Below, one piece after another: positions 35,707 to 45,299 of a stretch of DNA of 64,000 bases. Position numbers and translations under genes: made by a program. The stretch comes from Alphaproteobacteria bacterium (GTDB taxonomy: Bacteria; Pseudomonadota; Alphaproteobacteria; UBA7887): the NCBI GenBank assembly GCA_965216755.1, contig CBDCGL010000011.1, forward strand, positions 1,344,001 to 1,408,000, written 5' to 3'. The first letter of the stretch is position 1. Every line of letters starts with the position of its first letter. Under the pieces are notes generated by a model that searched no databases, was not told the origin of the DNA, and saw nothing but the letters and a program-made list of their open reading frames with translations.

Positions 35707-36168
35707 TCAACCGTCAGGTTCGACCCGCAAACTTCCGCGCGACCCGATGATTCGAACGGCGGTCCCCGGCGGTAGCGGCTGCGCGCCATCTTTGGCGGCG
35801 ACCACAATGGCGTATTCTTCACCGGTCTCGCTGTCACGCATCACATATTCATGCCCCGCGCGCGTATCGGCCGCTTCCTCAATCAAATAACCGAGTCCCA
35901 GCCCAATGACCGCAGCGCCCAGGACAATGGCGCTCTCCGCACCAGCAATGTCAGCACCGACCCCGGCGACCGTCGCGCCAGCGACGGGCCCATACCAATT
36001 GTTTTCGAAACCCGGATCCTCGGTCACGGTCACTTGCCGGCTAGACAGAACGATAGCTTGTTCAACCTGCAATTTGCGGCCGGTTTCGCTGACCCGGTAC
36101 GTATCTCCGGAACCATAGGTGCAGCCAAACAGCGCCACCACCGCAATCGCCATTGCCAAAACTTTCAT
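35707..36168 (-). CDS. SlyB-like glycine-zipper outer membrane lipoprotein
   Basis: Lipobox LFGC, glycine-zipper GATVAGVG..GAAVIGLGLG; GGAGG RBS. Confidence 0.75.
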   Translation of the reverse strand: MKVLAMAIAVVALFGCTYGSGDTYRVSETGRKLQVEQAIVLSSRQVTVTEDPGFENNWYGPVAGATVAGVGADIAGAESAIVLGAAVIGLGLGYLIEEAADTRAGHEYVMRDSETGEEYAIVVAAKDGAQPLPPGTAVRIIGSRGSLRVEPDG

Positions 36169-36447
36169 TGAACCTCCAATTGGGTGTCGGCCTAAAACAG
36201 ACCTATCGAGGTGCCCGCCAACCGTCATTGAGGTGGATCAACCCGTCGGACTGGATTTTGCCGGTCAAGTGCGTCCCAACTTCTGCTTATGTGAGACGGC
36301 CGTGCTCAGAACCAAGGTGTCACGACCACAATGGCCGCCACGCACGGACGCGCCTGCGCCATAGCCCCTCAAGCGGCACGTGCCCTATCTACTTGATATT
36401 GATCAATTTAACTTCGTTCGAATGACTCCTTTTGAACGAGGATGGAT

Positions 36448-37239
36448 CTAGCTGATTGCAACCACCACGATCATCAGTACGATAATCTCCGTGACTTGCT
36501 GGGCGGTGCCCAGCACATCGCCGGTATAACCACCAATCTGGCGCCGCGCCAACGCGCCGACGCCGACGGCCACCAGGGCCGCCGCGATCAACGCCGCGAC
36601 CATTGCGGCAAAGCTGAACGCCAATAATCCGCATGCGGCGACGATCGACAATGCCACCGCAACCGCCGTCGTATCAGCCGCCGGGCGCCCAGCCGTCACG
36701 GCAAGTCCGTCGACCCGCGCCGGCGAGGAAAACCTCATGATGGCGACCATGACACTGCGCGACAGGGCGCCGGCCGCGACCAAAGCCACCACCACGGGGA
36801 TAGCAGCACCAATCGTGCCGAGCGCGCCGACGCGCGCCATCAATGCGACCACGATCGCAATGGTGCCGAACGTACCAATCTGGCTGTCACGCATGATTTC
36901 AAGCTTGCGGGTGGCCGATGCGCCACCGCCAAATCCGTCAGCTAGGTCGGCAAGGCCGTCTTCGTGCAGCGCACCGGTAATAAGAAGTTGCGCGACCACA
37001 GCGGCGATGGCTGCGAGCCACGGCCCCAGACCAAGAATCTCACCAAACCAAAAAACCACCCCACCAACAACGCCAACCAATACGCCAACGATGGGAAAAG
37101 CCCACATGGCGTTCGCGAGAGAGCCAACGGCATGCGCACCTGCAAGCGGAACGCGGGTCAGGAATATCAGGGCGTGCAGCAGACCCGCCCACAAATCATC
37201 GCCCGGGGTCTTTTCTGTTCGGTCGCCGCTGTCGCCCAT
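36448..37239 (-). CDS. cobS: Adenosylcobinamide-GDP ribazoletransferase (cobalamin synthase)
   Basis: FLTRVP, TGALHEDGLADLADG, IMRDSQIG, GGYTGDVLG. Confidence 0.95.
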   Translation of the reverse strand: MGDSGDRTEKTPGDDLWAGLLHALIFLTRVPLAGAHAVGSLANAMWAFPIVGVLVGVVGGVVFWFGEILGLGPWLAAIAAVVAQLLITGALHEDGLADLADGFGGGASATRKLEIMRDSQIGTFGTIAIVVALMARVGALGTIGAAIPVVVALVAAGALSRSVMVAIMRFSSPARVDGLAVTAGRPAADTTAVAVALSIVAACGLLAFSFAAMVAALIAAALVAVGVGALARRQIGGYTGDVLGTAQQVTEIIVLMIVVVAIS

Positions 37240-37347
37240 ATCTCGACTTCCGTTCGCCAGAATTCCTCGCAGATGGCGCCTCGGTTGGTTATAGGATACC
37301 AGGCCATATCCGGCATCCATGACACCAATCGTAAGGAATCGCGCGCG

Positions 37348-38358
37348 TTGGATCATTGGCGCAAAATTGTCAGCGAATTTCCCACCGGAGACCGGGCCGC
37401 GCGCGACGCCGCCACGGCCCGTCAACAAGTCCTGACCAAGCCCCTTGGGTCCCTTGGCCGTCTCGAGGAGTTGGCCATTTGGGCGGCGACGTGGCAGGGT
37501 CGCGCGGTGCCGCGTGAAACGCCCATACAAGTGCTCGTCTTCGCCGGCAATCATGGCGTCGCGGCGCGGGGCGTGTCGGCCTACCCGACGGAAGTCACGG
37601 CGCAGATGGTGGCGAACTTCAGCGCCGGCGGCGCCGCCATCAACCAGCTTTGCGGCATCGCGGGCGCGCGCCTTGACGTACACGCGATCGAGCTAGACCG
37701 CCCGACCGAAGATTTCACGAAAGTTCCAGCGATGTCCGCCGCCGAGTGCGCTCGGCACATGCAGTTCGGCCTCGAGAGTGTCGATTCCGACGCAGCTTTG
37801 TTGTGCGTCGGCGAAATGGGCATCGCCAACACGACCGCAGCAGCCGCACTCGCCAATGCCCTTTTTGGTGGCACACCCAACGATTGGGTCGGACGCGGCA
37901 CAGGCGTTGACGACGATGGTCTGGATCGCAAGCGGGCAACCGTCGCCGCCGCCTTGCACAAGCATCAAACGCAAACCCACGATCCGTTGGAAGCGTTGCG
38001 CCGAGTCGGCGGTCGCGAATTGGCCGCGATGGCCGGCGCCGTTGCTGGCGCCCGGCAAAGACGCATCCCCGTCTTGCTAGACGGCTATGTCGCGACAGCG
38101 GCGGCCGCTGTGTTGGCGCGTCTGACCACCGGGGGGCTGGACCATTGCCGCGCGGCCCACTGCTCTGCGGAGGCCGGACATCGGCATTTGCTGGAAGCGC
38201 TCGGACTTAGCCCCATTCTCGACCTGGGGATGCGCCTCGGGGAAGCTTCTGGCGCGGCGTTGGCTGCCAATATTGTTCGCGCCGCGATCTCCGCCCACAA
38301 CGGCATGGCGACATTTGGCGAAGCGGGCGTGAGCGAAAGCAGTAAGAAACAGATTTAG
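37348..38358 (+). CDS. cobT: Nicotinate-nucleotide--dimethylbenzimidazole phosphoribosyltransferase
   Basis: LTKPLGSLGRLE, GEMGIANTT, LGMRLGEASGA, MATF; probable TTG start. Confidence 0.95.
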   Translation: MDHWRKIVSEFPTGDRAARDAATARQQVLTKPLGSLGRLEELAIWAATWQGRAVPRETPIQVLVFAGNHGVAARGVSAYPTEVTAQMVANFSAGGAAINQLCGIAGARLDVHAIELDRPTEDFTKVPAMSAAECARHMQFGLESVDSDAALLCVGEMGIANTTAAAALANALFGGTPNDWVGRGTGVDDDGLDRKRATVAAALHKHQTQTHDPLEALRRVGGRELAAMAGAVAGARQRRIPVLLDGYVATAAAAVLARLTTGGLDHCRAAHCSAEAGHRHLLEALGLSPILDLGMRLGEASGAALAANIVRAAISAHNGMATFGEAGVSESSKKQI

Positions 38359-38365
38359 CAGCGTC

Positions 38366-38893
38366 TTATGTCGCTGGTTTAAGCACACACGGCAAGCCTG
38401 CGGTCATGAACACCACTCGGTCTGCCAAGGCCGCAACTGCCTGGTGAAGGCGACCCGCTTCGTCACAGAAGCGCCGCGCTAACGCGTTATCGGGTACAAT
38501 TCCCTGCCCAACTTCGTTCGACACGACGACGATCGGCCCCGCGCGCTGGCCGAACGCCGCGAGTAGTTCGTGTACGGCACTCTCTAAGGGCCGCTGGGCG
38601 AGCATGATGTTGGTTAGCCACAGCGTGAGGCAATCGACCAGCAGTGGCGAACCCGATGCACTTTTACCTCGGATCACATTGGCCAATTCCAACGGCGCCT
38701 CGATCGTTCGCCAATGTCGCCCGCGCCGCGCTTGATGCTTATGAATACGCGTTGCCATTTCAGAATCACCGGCCGCCGCGGTGGCGACATAGATTGGTGT
38801 TCCCCCCATCGAATCGATAATGTATTCCGCATAGACGCTCTTGCCCGATCGCACGCCCCCAAGAACGAACATGAACGTGTTGCCCGATATCAT
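38366..38893 (-). CDS. cobU: Bifunctional adenosylcobinamide kinase/guanylyltransferase
   Basis: GGVRSGKS, RIHKHQARR, DCLTLW, SNEVG.G.VP. Confidence 0.95.
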   Translation of the reverse strand: MISGNTFMFVLGGVRSGKSVYAEYIIDSMGGTPIYVATAAAGDSEMATRIHKHQARRGRHWRTIEAPLELANVIRGKSASGSPLLVDCLTLWLTNIMLAQRPLESAVHELLAAFGQRAGPIVVVSNEVGQGIVPDNALARRFCDEAGRLHQAVAALADRVVFMTAGLPCVLKPAT

Positions 38894-39127
38894 TGCCGCC
38901 TCAGCCCTTATTTGACATGCACGGTGCTTACGGTACGGGGATTTCGTGACAGTTGCTACCATGCGTCGGTCGAGAAAATTCGTGTAGGAAAAAGCCCACG
39001 ACCGCTGGTCGGGCAGTCATGTTGGGCCGCGATAGCTAGGGCGGCGGATGTAAGCTTTACGTTCGCGCAACTCCTTATTACCATCCGAACGCCGCGTCAT
39101 TGGCACCAGTCTCAGGAGGAAGCGCAG

Positions 39128-39316
39128 ATGGCCCATCCCCAAACACACGCTACGACATCGATAGTCGATCGGAGCGGGACCGGCACGCTCAGCGCGGTGG
39201 CGGTGGCGGCGTTGCTTGGTGTTGCAATCATTTTCTTGGTCGGATTTGCGCAACCCAGTCTCTTGCATAACGCAGCGCACGACACACGTCACGGTTTGGT
39301 TTTTCCCTGCCATTGA
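39128..39316 (+). CDS. cbtB: Cobalt transporter subunit CbtB
   Basis: One TM segment followed by HNAAHDTRH..FPCH. Confidence 0.92.
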   Translation: MAHPQTHATTSIVDRSGTGTLSAVAVAALLGVAIIFLVGFAQPSLLHNAAHDTRHGLVFPCH

Positions 39317-39323
39317 GCCGAAG

Positions 39324-40013
39324 ATGCTAGGGCGAATTGCCGTCGCGGCTCTGTTGGCCGGGCTCGTTGGTGGGCTGGTCGTCACTGTCATCCAAAGTTT
39401 TGAAATCCTCCCGCTGATCGCGGAAGCGGAGATGTATGAAGTCGACGCCGGTCACACAAGGGAAACCGCCGAAGGCCACACCCACGATCATGGCGGGCCG
39501 TGGGCACCGTCGGACGGACTGGAGAGGTTTTCGCTGACCGCACTCTCCAATGTGTTGGTGGGAATCGGCTTCGCCCTCTTGCTTTGTGCGGGCGCCGTGC
39601 TGCGGGGCGGACTAGATTGGCGCCAGGGCCTGGTTTGGGGCCTTGCCGGCTATGCCGCAGTCAACTTGGCGCCAGCCCTGGGTTTACCACCGGAATTGCC
39701 GGGAATGCGCGCTGCCGGTCTAGCCGAACGTCAGCTGTGGTGGGTCATGACCGCGGTGGGAACAGCGGGTGGACTAGCGCTGATCGCCTTTGGGCGCGCG
39801 GTCTTGTGGAAAGCCCTTGGTACCGCGTTGATTGTCTTGCCGCATGCCATCGGCGCGCCTCATGTGGAAACCGTCGGATCAGGCACGGTCCCGGCCGAGT
39901 TGGTGGCTGCCTTTGTGACCGCTACTTTGGTCGCCAACCTGTTCTTCTGGCTCGTGATTGGTGCCGTCGCAGGCTACGTGCTCAACCGGGCGGCGGCTAC
40001 CGTGAGTCAATAA
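39324..40013 (+). CDS. cbtA: Cobalt transporter subunit CbtA
   Basis: PLIAEAEMYE, His-rich loop, W.P.DG.ER, LGLPPELPG, RQLWW. Confidence 0.93.
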   Translation: MLGRIAVAALLAGLVGGLVVTVIQSFEILPLIAEAEMYEVDAGHTRETAEGHTHDHGGPWAPSDGLERFSLTALSNVLVGIGFALLLCAGAVLRGGLDWRQGLVWGLAGYAAVNLAPALGLPPELPGMRAAGLAERQLWWVMTAVGTAGGLALIAFGRAVLWKALGTALIVLPHAIGAPHVETVGSGTVPAELVAAFVTATLVANLFFWLVIGAVAGYVLNRAAATVSQ

Positions 40014-41304
40014 CGTGGAGGAATGACCCCGCCACCAAACCACGCACCGCCCCATGGCCGCCTTGAGGTGTGCCGCGTGCGTCTCGCGCGGCAAATAATG
40101 GCGTATTGCCCCGCTCACGAATAACGCTTGCAAAATGGAACTCATGCCCGGCAAAGCGCTGACCGGCCGGTCCCAGAGGACTCTCGACACACGTTTCCAT
40201 GTTTCGGTAGCCAAGATGCAAACGACGCGACGCAAACGTCGTCTCGACCGGCAACAGATCTGCCATCCGGTGCGCAACGCCGTCGGCGTCGGTCAATGAC
40301 GCGCCGAGCACCATATAGCCGCCGCATTCACCATAAACGCTGACGCCGGCTTCCCCCGCACGTCGTAGTCCCGTCAAGAATGTTTGATTGGCCGCGAGCT
40401 GGCCGGCATGAAGTTCCGGATAACCGCCCGGCAAATAGATGGCGTCCACGGAAGATGACGGCGATTCATCTGCCAGCGGAGAGAACATTTGGATATCGGC
40501 GCCGGCCGCACGCCAATCATCGAGTAAATGGGGATAGGCGAACCCAAATGCTGCATCGCACGCCACCGCGACACGTTGCCCCAGCGGCCGCAAATGGCCG
40601 CCCATTCGCGACCCGCGCTCCATCTGAGTCGGTCTTGCCAAGCTGAGCAATAAGTCGGTGTCGACGTGAGACCCAATCATAGTCGCGGCGCGATCCAGGA
40701 ATTCTTCGAGTTCGGGATGCTCGCCGGCTTGGACCAGACCAAGATGGCGGCTGGGCAAGGCACACTCCAGATTGCGCGGCACGAAGCCGAGTTGTTTCAG
40801 ACCCAGCGGCGCACATGCGTCATTCAGAATGCGCACGTGGCCAGTGCCACCAACTTGATTGAAGATTACCCCAGCAATATTGACGCCTGGACGATGGTTC
40901 ATGAATCCCTGGATTAAGGCCGCCGCCGACGCCGCCTGGCCGCGCGCATCGACCACCAACACGATCGGCCAACCGATCGCCAGCGCTGCATCCGCCGTGC
41001 TGCCCGTACCGTCGGTGGCACCATCGAACAACCCCATGGTGCCTTCGCCGATGACAAGTTCGGCACCCTCGGCGGTGGCGTCAATGACGCGCGCGATCGT
41101 CTCCGGCCGCATGGCCCAAACATCGATATTTCGGCTCGGCCGACCGGTGGCCGCGGCATGAAATGCTGGATCTATATAGTCGGGCCCGATTTTGACCGAC
41201 CCGACGGCGGTGCCGGCACGGCTGAAATGACGCAAAAGGCCCAAAGTGAGAGTTGTCTTACCTGCGCCGGAGGCCGGCGCCGCGACGATGACTCCAGGAA
41301 CCAT
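39997..41304 (-). CDS. cobB: Cobyrinate a,c-diamide synthase
   Basis: SGAGKT, KIGPDYIDP, LPSRHLGL, PGGYPEL, ECGGYM, GHEFH. Confidence 0.95.
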   Translation of the reverse strand: MVPGVIVAAPASGAGKTTLTLGLLRHFSRAGTAVGSVKIGPDYIDPAFHAAATGRPSRNIDVWAMRPETIARVIDATAEGAELVIGEGTMGLFDGATDGTGSTADAALAIGWPIVLVVDARGQAASAAALIQGFMNHRPGVNIAGVIFNQVGGTGHVRILNDACAPLGLKQLGFVPRNLECALPSRHLGLVQAGEHPELEEFLDRAATMIGSHVDTDLLLSLARPTQMERGSRMGGHLRPLGQRVAVACDAAFGFAYPHLLDDWRAAGADIQMFSPLADESPSSSVDAIYLPGGYPELHAGQLAANQTFLTGLRRAGEAGVSVYGECGGYMVLGASLTDADGVAHRMADLLPVETTFASRRLHLGYRNMETCVESPLGPAGQRFAGHEFHFASVIRERGNTPLFAARDARGTPQGGHGAVRGLVAGSFLHVIDSR

Positions 41305-41308
41305 GGCA

Positions 41309-41772
41309 CTAGAGCCGTGTCCGATAATATAGAACCATTCTGCCGGAGCGCCTTTTCGTCAAGATCAAGTCGCTGTCCGCAGGGCGTATCAGGCATACGG
41401 CCAAGGACAGCGCCGCCGAGATTGGCGAAAAGGCGCCCGGCCCTGCGGGTTCGCAACCGGCGGGCGACCCCCGATGGGAATCCATGTGGACGACCACATT
41501 GGTCGGACGGCTTGCCCGATGCGCTCGTGCGGTGGATCGGACGTTCGCTTGATCTCGCATCGAGCACCGGAGCGAACGTCCGATCCGTGAACCGCACGAG
41601 ATGCGAACAATCGGCTCGTGTCCTGACGAAGCCGAAGTTCGTAAGGCGCCTGGGGTCAGACGTGACGAACTTCGGTTTCGGGACACGAGCATCGCGCGGC
41701 ACCGCCCTTCGCGTGGATCGCCACGCCGGGCCGCGAACAGAATTGATTCAATATTGTCGGACACGGCTCTAG
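41309..41772. mobile_element. Non-autonomous MITE-like element with ~34-bp terminal inverted repeats
   Basis: Left CTAGAGCCGTGTCCGATAATATAGAACCATTCTG versus right reverse complement CTAGAGCCGTGTCCGACAATATTGAATCAATTCTG. CTAG/TA ends, no transposase, inserted between cobA and cobB. Confidence 0.8.
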
Positions 41773-41783
41773 CCCGTTGCCGC

Positions 41784-42623
41784 TCAGCCGGTCTCGTCGC
41801 GGATCCCAACACCGAGTGGATCCGGTTCGAGCTGGCGGCCGGCCATAGCGCCAATCCAATCCAACCCGGCGCGCAAGCGAACGGCGTCGCCAATCACGAG
41901 CAGCGCGGGCGGCGGCATGCCGGCGTCAGCGGCGGCGCGTGCCGCAGAGCTTAGGTTGGTCTCCAAAACGTACTGGTTCGGCAATGTGGCGTTGGAGACT
42001 ATTGCCGCCGGCGCATCTGCAGCAACGCCGCCTGCGATCAGTTGGTCGGTTATGTCAGCGAGGTTCTTGAGCGGCATGTAAACCACGATGGTTCCGGTGA
42101 GACCGGCAACGGCCCGCCAATTGACACCATCGGGGACGGCACCACCGGCGGCATGCGCCGTGACAAACGTAACGGCCGAATTGCTTTCACGAAATGTCAG
42201 CGGGATACCCGCATAGGCAAGCCCGCCCACGCCAGACGATATGCCGGGCACGACACGGAATGGAATATTCGCCGCCACTAACGACAGGGCTTCTTCGACG
42301 CCGCGCCCAAAAACAAACGGGTCGCCACCTTTGAGCCGCAAGACCCTGTGGCCTTGGCGCGCCAGCTTTATCAAGCGGCGGGATATATCCACCTGGCGCG
42401 GCGACGGTTTACCGCCACGTTTGCCGGCATATTCGCGCGTGGCGTCTGGACCGGCGATGTCCAGGACCTGGTGACTCACCAACGCATCGTGAATGATGTA
42501 GTCCGCATGCTTGAGAGCGTGCAGGGCGTGAAGTGTCAATAGGCCAGGATCACCCGGGCCGGCGCCAACCAGCCACACCGAACCGGGCGCAAATTCAGGA
42601 AGATCCGGGACATTATCGACCAT
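41784..42623 (-). CDS. cobA: Uroporphyrinogen-III C-methyltransferase
   Basis: VWLVGAGPGDPGLLT, GKRGG, RLKGGDPFVFGRG.EE. Confidence 0.95.
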   Translation of the reverse strand: MVDNVPDLPEFAPGSVWLVGAGPGDPGLLTLHALHALKHADYIIHDALVSHQVLDIAGPDATREYAGKRGGKPSPRQVDISRRLIKLARQGHRVLRLKGGDPFVFGRGVEEALSLVAANIPFRVVPGISSGVGGLAYAGIPLTFRESNSAVTFVTAHAAGGAVPDGVNWRAVAGLTGTIVVYMPLKNLADITDQLIAGGVAADAPAAIVSNATLPNQYVLETNLSSAARAAADAGMPPPALLVIGDAVRLRAGLDWIGAMAGRQLEPDPLGVGIRDETG

Positions 42624-42683
42624 AGGCGCAAAGTACACGTTCGGTCCTGGCCAACCAAGCGACCTTCTCTCTATCATCGCACC

Positions 42684-43769
42684 ATGAATGCCCCCCAAAA
42701 CAAGCCCTTGCGGCGTGGCTGGACGACCGGCGCTTGCGCTGCCGCCGGGGCAAAGGCCGCATACACGGCGTTGCTGACTCGTGCGTTCCCCGACCCAGTG
42801 TCGATTAGACTACCAAACGGTCAGGAACCGGCATTCGCGCTCGCCCATCAGGGGCTGGGGCCCGATTGGGCGGAAGCCGCGATCGTCAAGGACGCCGGCG
42901 ATGATCCGGATGTCACCCATGGCGCTCTGGTGGTCATTCGCGTGCGGCCCGGCCGCGTGGGCACCGGGGTCACGTTTTCTGCCGGCGACGGGGTCGGCAC
43001 AGTGACCAAGCCGGGGCTGCAACTCGAAGTCGGCGAACCGGCGATCAACCCCGCGCCGCGGCGGATGATTACCCAGGTGATAGCGGACGCGGCGGCGATT
43101 CACGGTGTGCGGGCGGACATCGATGTCCAGATTTCCATCCCAGGCGGTGCGACGCTGGCAGAACGCACTCTCAATAGGCGCCTGGGAATCGAAGGCGGGT
43201 TGTCCGTGCTCGGCACGACCGGCGTCGTGGTTCCCTATTCCTGCGCCGCGTGGATCCACGCCATCCATCGGGGCATCGACGTGGCACGGGCCGCCGGTCT
43301 GAAACATATCGCCGCGGCCACCGGCTCCACCTCAGAAGCCGCGGTCAAGCGCCACTACGGCCTGTCTGACACTGCGTTGATCGAGATGGGTGATTTTGCC
43401 GGCGGCCTTATAAAATATCTCCGGACACATCCGGTTGCACAACTCACCATTGCGGGCGGAATTGGCAAGATCACTAAACTCGCACAAGGCTATTTGGACT
43501 TGCATGCGCGACGCAGCGTCGTCGACATGAACTGGCTGGCCGAAGCCGCCGCAGACGCGGGTGCGGACCAAGCTTTGATCACGGCAATACGCCAACAGCA
43601 AACAGCACGTGGCGCACTCGCTTGCTCCCGCGTGGTCCATGTGCCGTTGGCGGACGTCGTCGCCAGCAGGGCGCGGATGAAGGCGCTGGAGCATCTATCT
43701 GAGAAAGCCGCCGTCGAGGTGCTGATATTCGATCATCAGGGCCAGTTGGTCGGTCAGGGCGATGGTTGA
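42684..43769 (+). CDS. cbiD: Cobalt-precorrin-5B C1-methyltransferase
   Basis: LRRGWTTGACAAA, KDAGDDPDVTHG, N.RLGI.GGLSVLGTTG. Confidence 0.95.
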   Translation: MNAPQNKPLRRGWTTGACAAAGAKAAYTALLTRAFPDPVSIRLPNGQEPAFALAHQGLGPDWAEAAIVKDAGDDPDVTHGALVVIRVRPGRVGTGVTFSAGDGVGTVTKPGLQLEVGEPAINPAPRRMITQVIADAAAIHGVRADIDVQISIPGGATLAERTLNRRLGIEGGLSVLGTTGVVVPYSCAAWIHAIHRGIDVARAAGLKHIAAATGSTSEAAVKRHYGLSDTALIEMGDFAGGLIKYLRTHPVAQLTIAGGIGKITKLAQGYLDLHARRSVVDMNWLAEAAADAGADQALITAIRQQQTARGALACSRVVHVPLADVVASRARMKALEHLSEKAAVEVLIFDHQGQLVGQGDG

Positions 43770-44535
43770 CGCCCACCGGGTGCTGATCCTTGGCGGCACA
43801 GCCGAAGCCATGGCTCTCGCTCATCTTCTTCATAGCCAAGGATCCTTTCAGGTGACCACATCGCTCGCCGGCGTGACCAGCGCACCCCGTCGGCCCAAAG
43901 GCTGCGTGCGCACCGGCGGGTTCGGCGGTTCGGAAGGACTGGTCCGCTATTTGTGTGACCAAGGCATTGAAGCGATGGTCGATGCCACACACCCGTTTGC
44001 TGCGCAAATGAGTCGCCAAGCCGTCATCGCCGCGGGCCGTCTAGACTTGCCTTTCCGCCGATTGACACGGCCGGCATGGTCCCCGCAACCGGCTGATCGG
44101 TGGATCGGCGTCGCCGATATCGAGGCCGCAGCCGCATGGCTGCCCCGCATCGGCCAAAGGGCCTTTCTAACCATCGGACGCAAAGGGTTGGCCGCCTTTG
44201 CACGCTGCGCGGATACTTGGTTTTTGGTTCGCATGGTCGATTCGCCGACCGCGGGCGTGCCGCTGCAAAATGCGCAACTCGTCCTTGCGCGCGGACCGTT
44301 CCGACAAGCCGATGAAGCGGCACTGATGCGACAGCACAAGATTGATGTTGTGATCGCAAAAAACAGCGGTGGATCCGCGACATTTGGCAAGATCGGCGCA
44401 GCCCGTCAGCTCGGTCTTCCTGTCATCATGATCGCGCGCCCGGTCTTGCCGGCCGCACTGGAAGTCAGCTCGGTGGCGGATGCCGCCGCGTGGCTAACCC
44501 AAACAAATAGCAAGCAGGGCACGCGGCCGTTTTAG
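43762..44535 (+). CDS. cobK: Precorrin-6A / cobalt-precorrin-6A reductase
   Basis: LILGGTAEA, GGFGG, DATHPFA, KNSGG. Confidence 0.95.
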   Translation: MVDAHRVLILGGTAEAMALAHLLHSQGSFQVTTSLAGVTSAPRRPKGCVRTGGFGGSEGLVRYLCDQGIEAMVDATHPFAAQMSRQAVIAAGRLDLPFRRLTRPAWSPQPADRWIGVADIEAAAAWLPRIGQRAFLTIGRKGLAAFARCADTWFLVRMVDSPTAGVPLQNAQLVLARGPFRQADEAALMRQHKIDVVIAKNSGGSATFGKIGAARQLGLPVIMIARPVLPAALEVSSVADAAAWLTQTNSKQGTRPF

Positions 44536-45299
44536 GATTTGCTACCGCCGCGACGGAATAGATGGGTGTGATCGGTAGCATATAGCCGACTATCGGTCGC
44601 GCCGGCAGGATCGAGCGCTCGGCCGACGAGGATAAGCCCGGTCCGGGTTAGTTTGGCCGCACGCACCTTTTCGCGAATATCGGCGAGCCTACCCCAGATC
44701 ACAAGTTGGTCCGGCCAACTCGCTCGGTAGACCACGACAGCCGGACAGTCGGCCCCATAGGCCGGCGTTAGCTCGGTCACCACGTGGCGCAAATTCCGGA
44801 TCGAAAGGTGAATGGCCAACGTCGCGTGTGTCGCCGCGAATGCGGCCAGCGTCTCACCGCGAGGCATGGGCGACGATTTCATTGCGGTCCGGGTCAATAT
44901 TACGGTTTGGCTTATGCCTGGCACCGTCAATTCGAGACCAAGTGTCGCCGCGGCCGCCGCGAATGCCGGTACGCCCGGCACAATCTCGTAGGCGATCCCT
45001 AGCTTGTCGAGGCGACGGATCTGCTCGCCGATCGCACCATAAAGCGACGGGTCGCCGGAATGAACGCGTGCGACGTCCACCCCTCTGCGATCGGCCGATT
45101 GGAACTCCGCAATGATCTCGTCCAGCGTCATCCCTGACGTGTCGACAACCCTAGCAGCATCCGGCGCATGGGCTATCACGTCGCGCGGAACCAAGGAGCC
45201 GGCGTAAAGACAAACCGGACATTTCGAAATTACCCGGCGCCCGCGCACGGTGATCAGGTCGGGCGCGCCCGGCCCCGCACCAATGAAATGTACGGTCAC
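44532..45299 (-). CDS. cobM: Precorrin-4 C11-methyltransferase
   Basis: VHFIGAGPGAPDLITVRG, YAGSLV, RVHSGDPSLYG. Confidence 0.95.
   Translation of the reverse strand: MTVHFIGAGPGAPDLITVRGRRVISKCPVCLYAGSLVPRDVIAHAPDAARVVDTSGMTLDEIIAEFQSADRRGVDVARVHSGDPSLYGAIGEQIRRLDKLGIAYEIVPGVPAFAAAAATLGLELTVPGISQTVILTRTAMKSSPMPRGETLAAFAATHATLAIHLSIRNLRHVVTELTPAYGADCPAVVVYRASWPDQLVIWGRLADIREKVRAAKLTRTGLILVGRALDPAGATDSRLYATDHTHLFRRGGSKS

Noticed and set aside
38960-39127. Expected cobalamin riboswitch upstream of cbtB
   Set aside because: I could not find the conserved GGGAA/CCCGCAACTGT/B12-box elements.
41614-41690. Hammerhead ribozyme suggested by CTGACGA inside the MITE
   Set aside because: No correctly placed GAAA core and three-way junction; a simple hairpin explains it.
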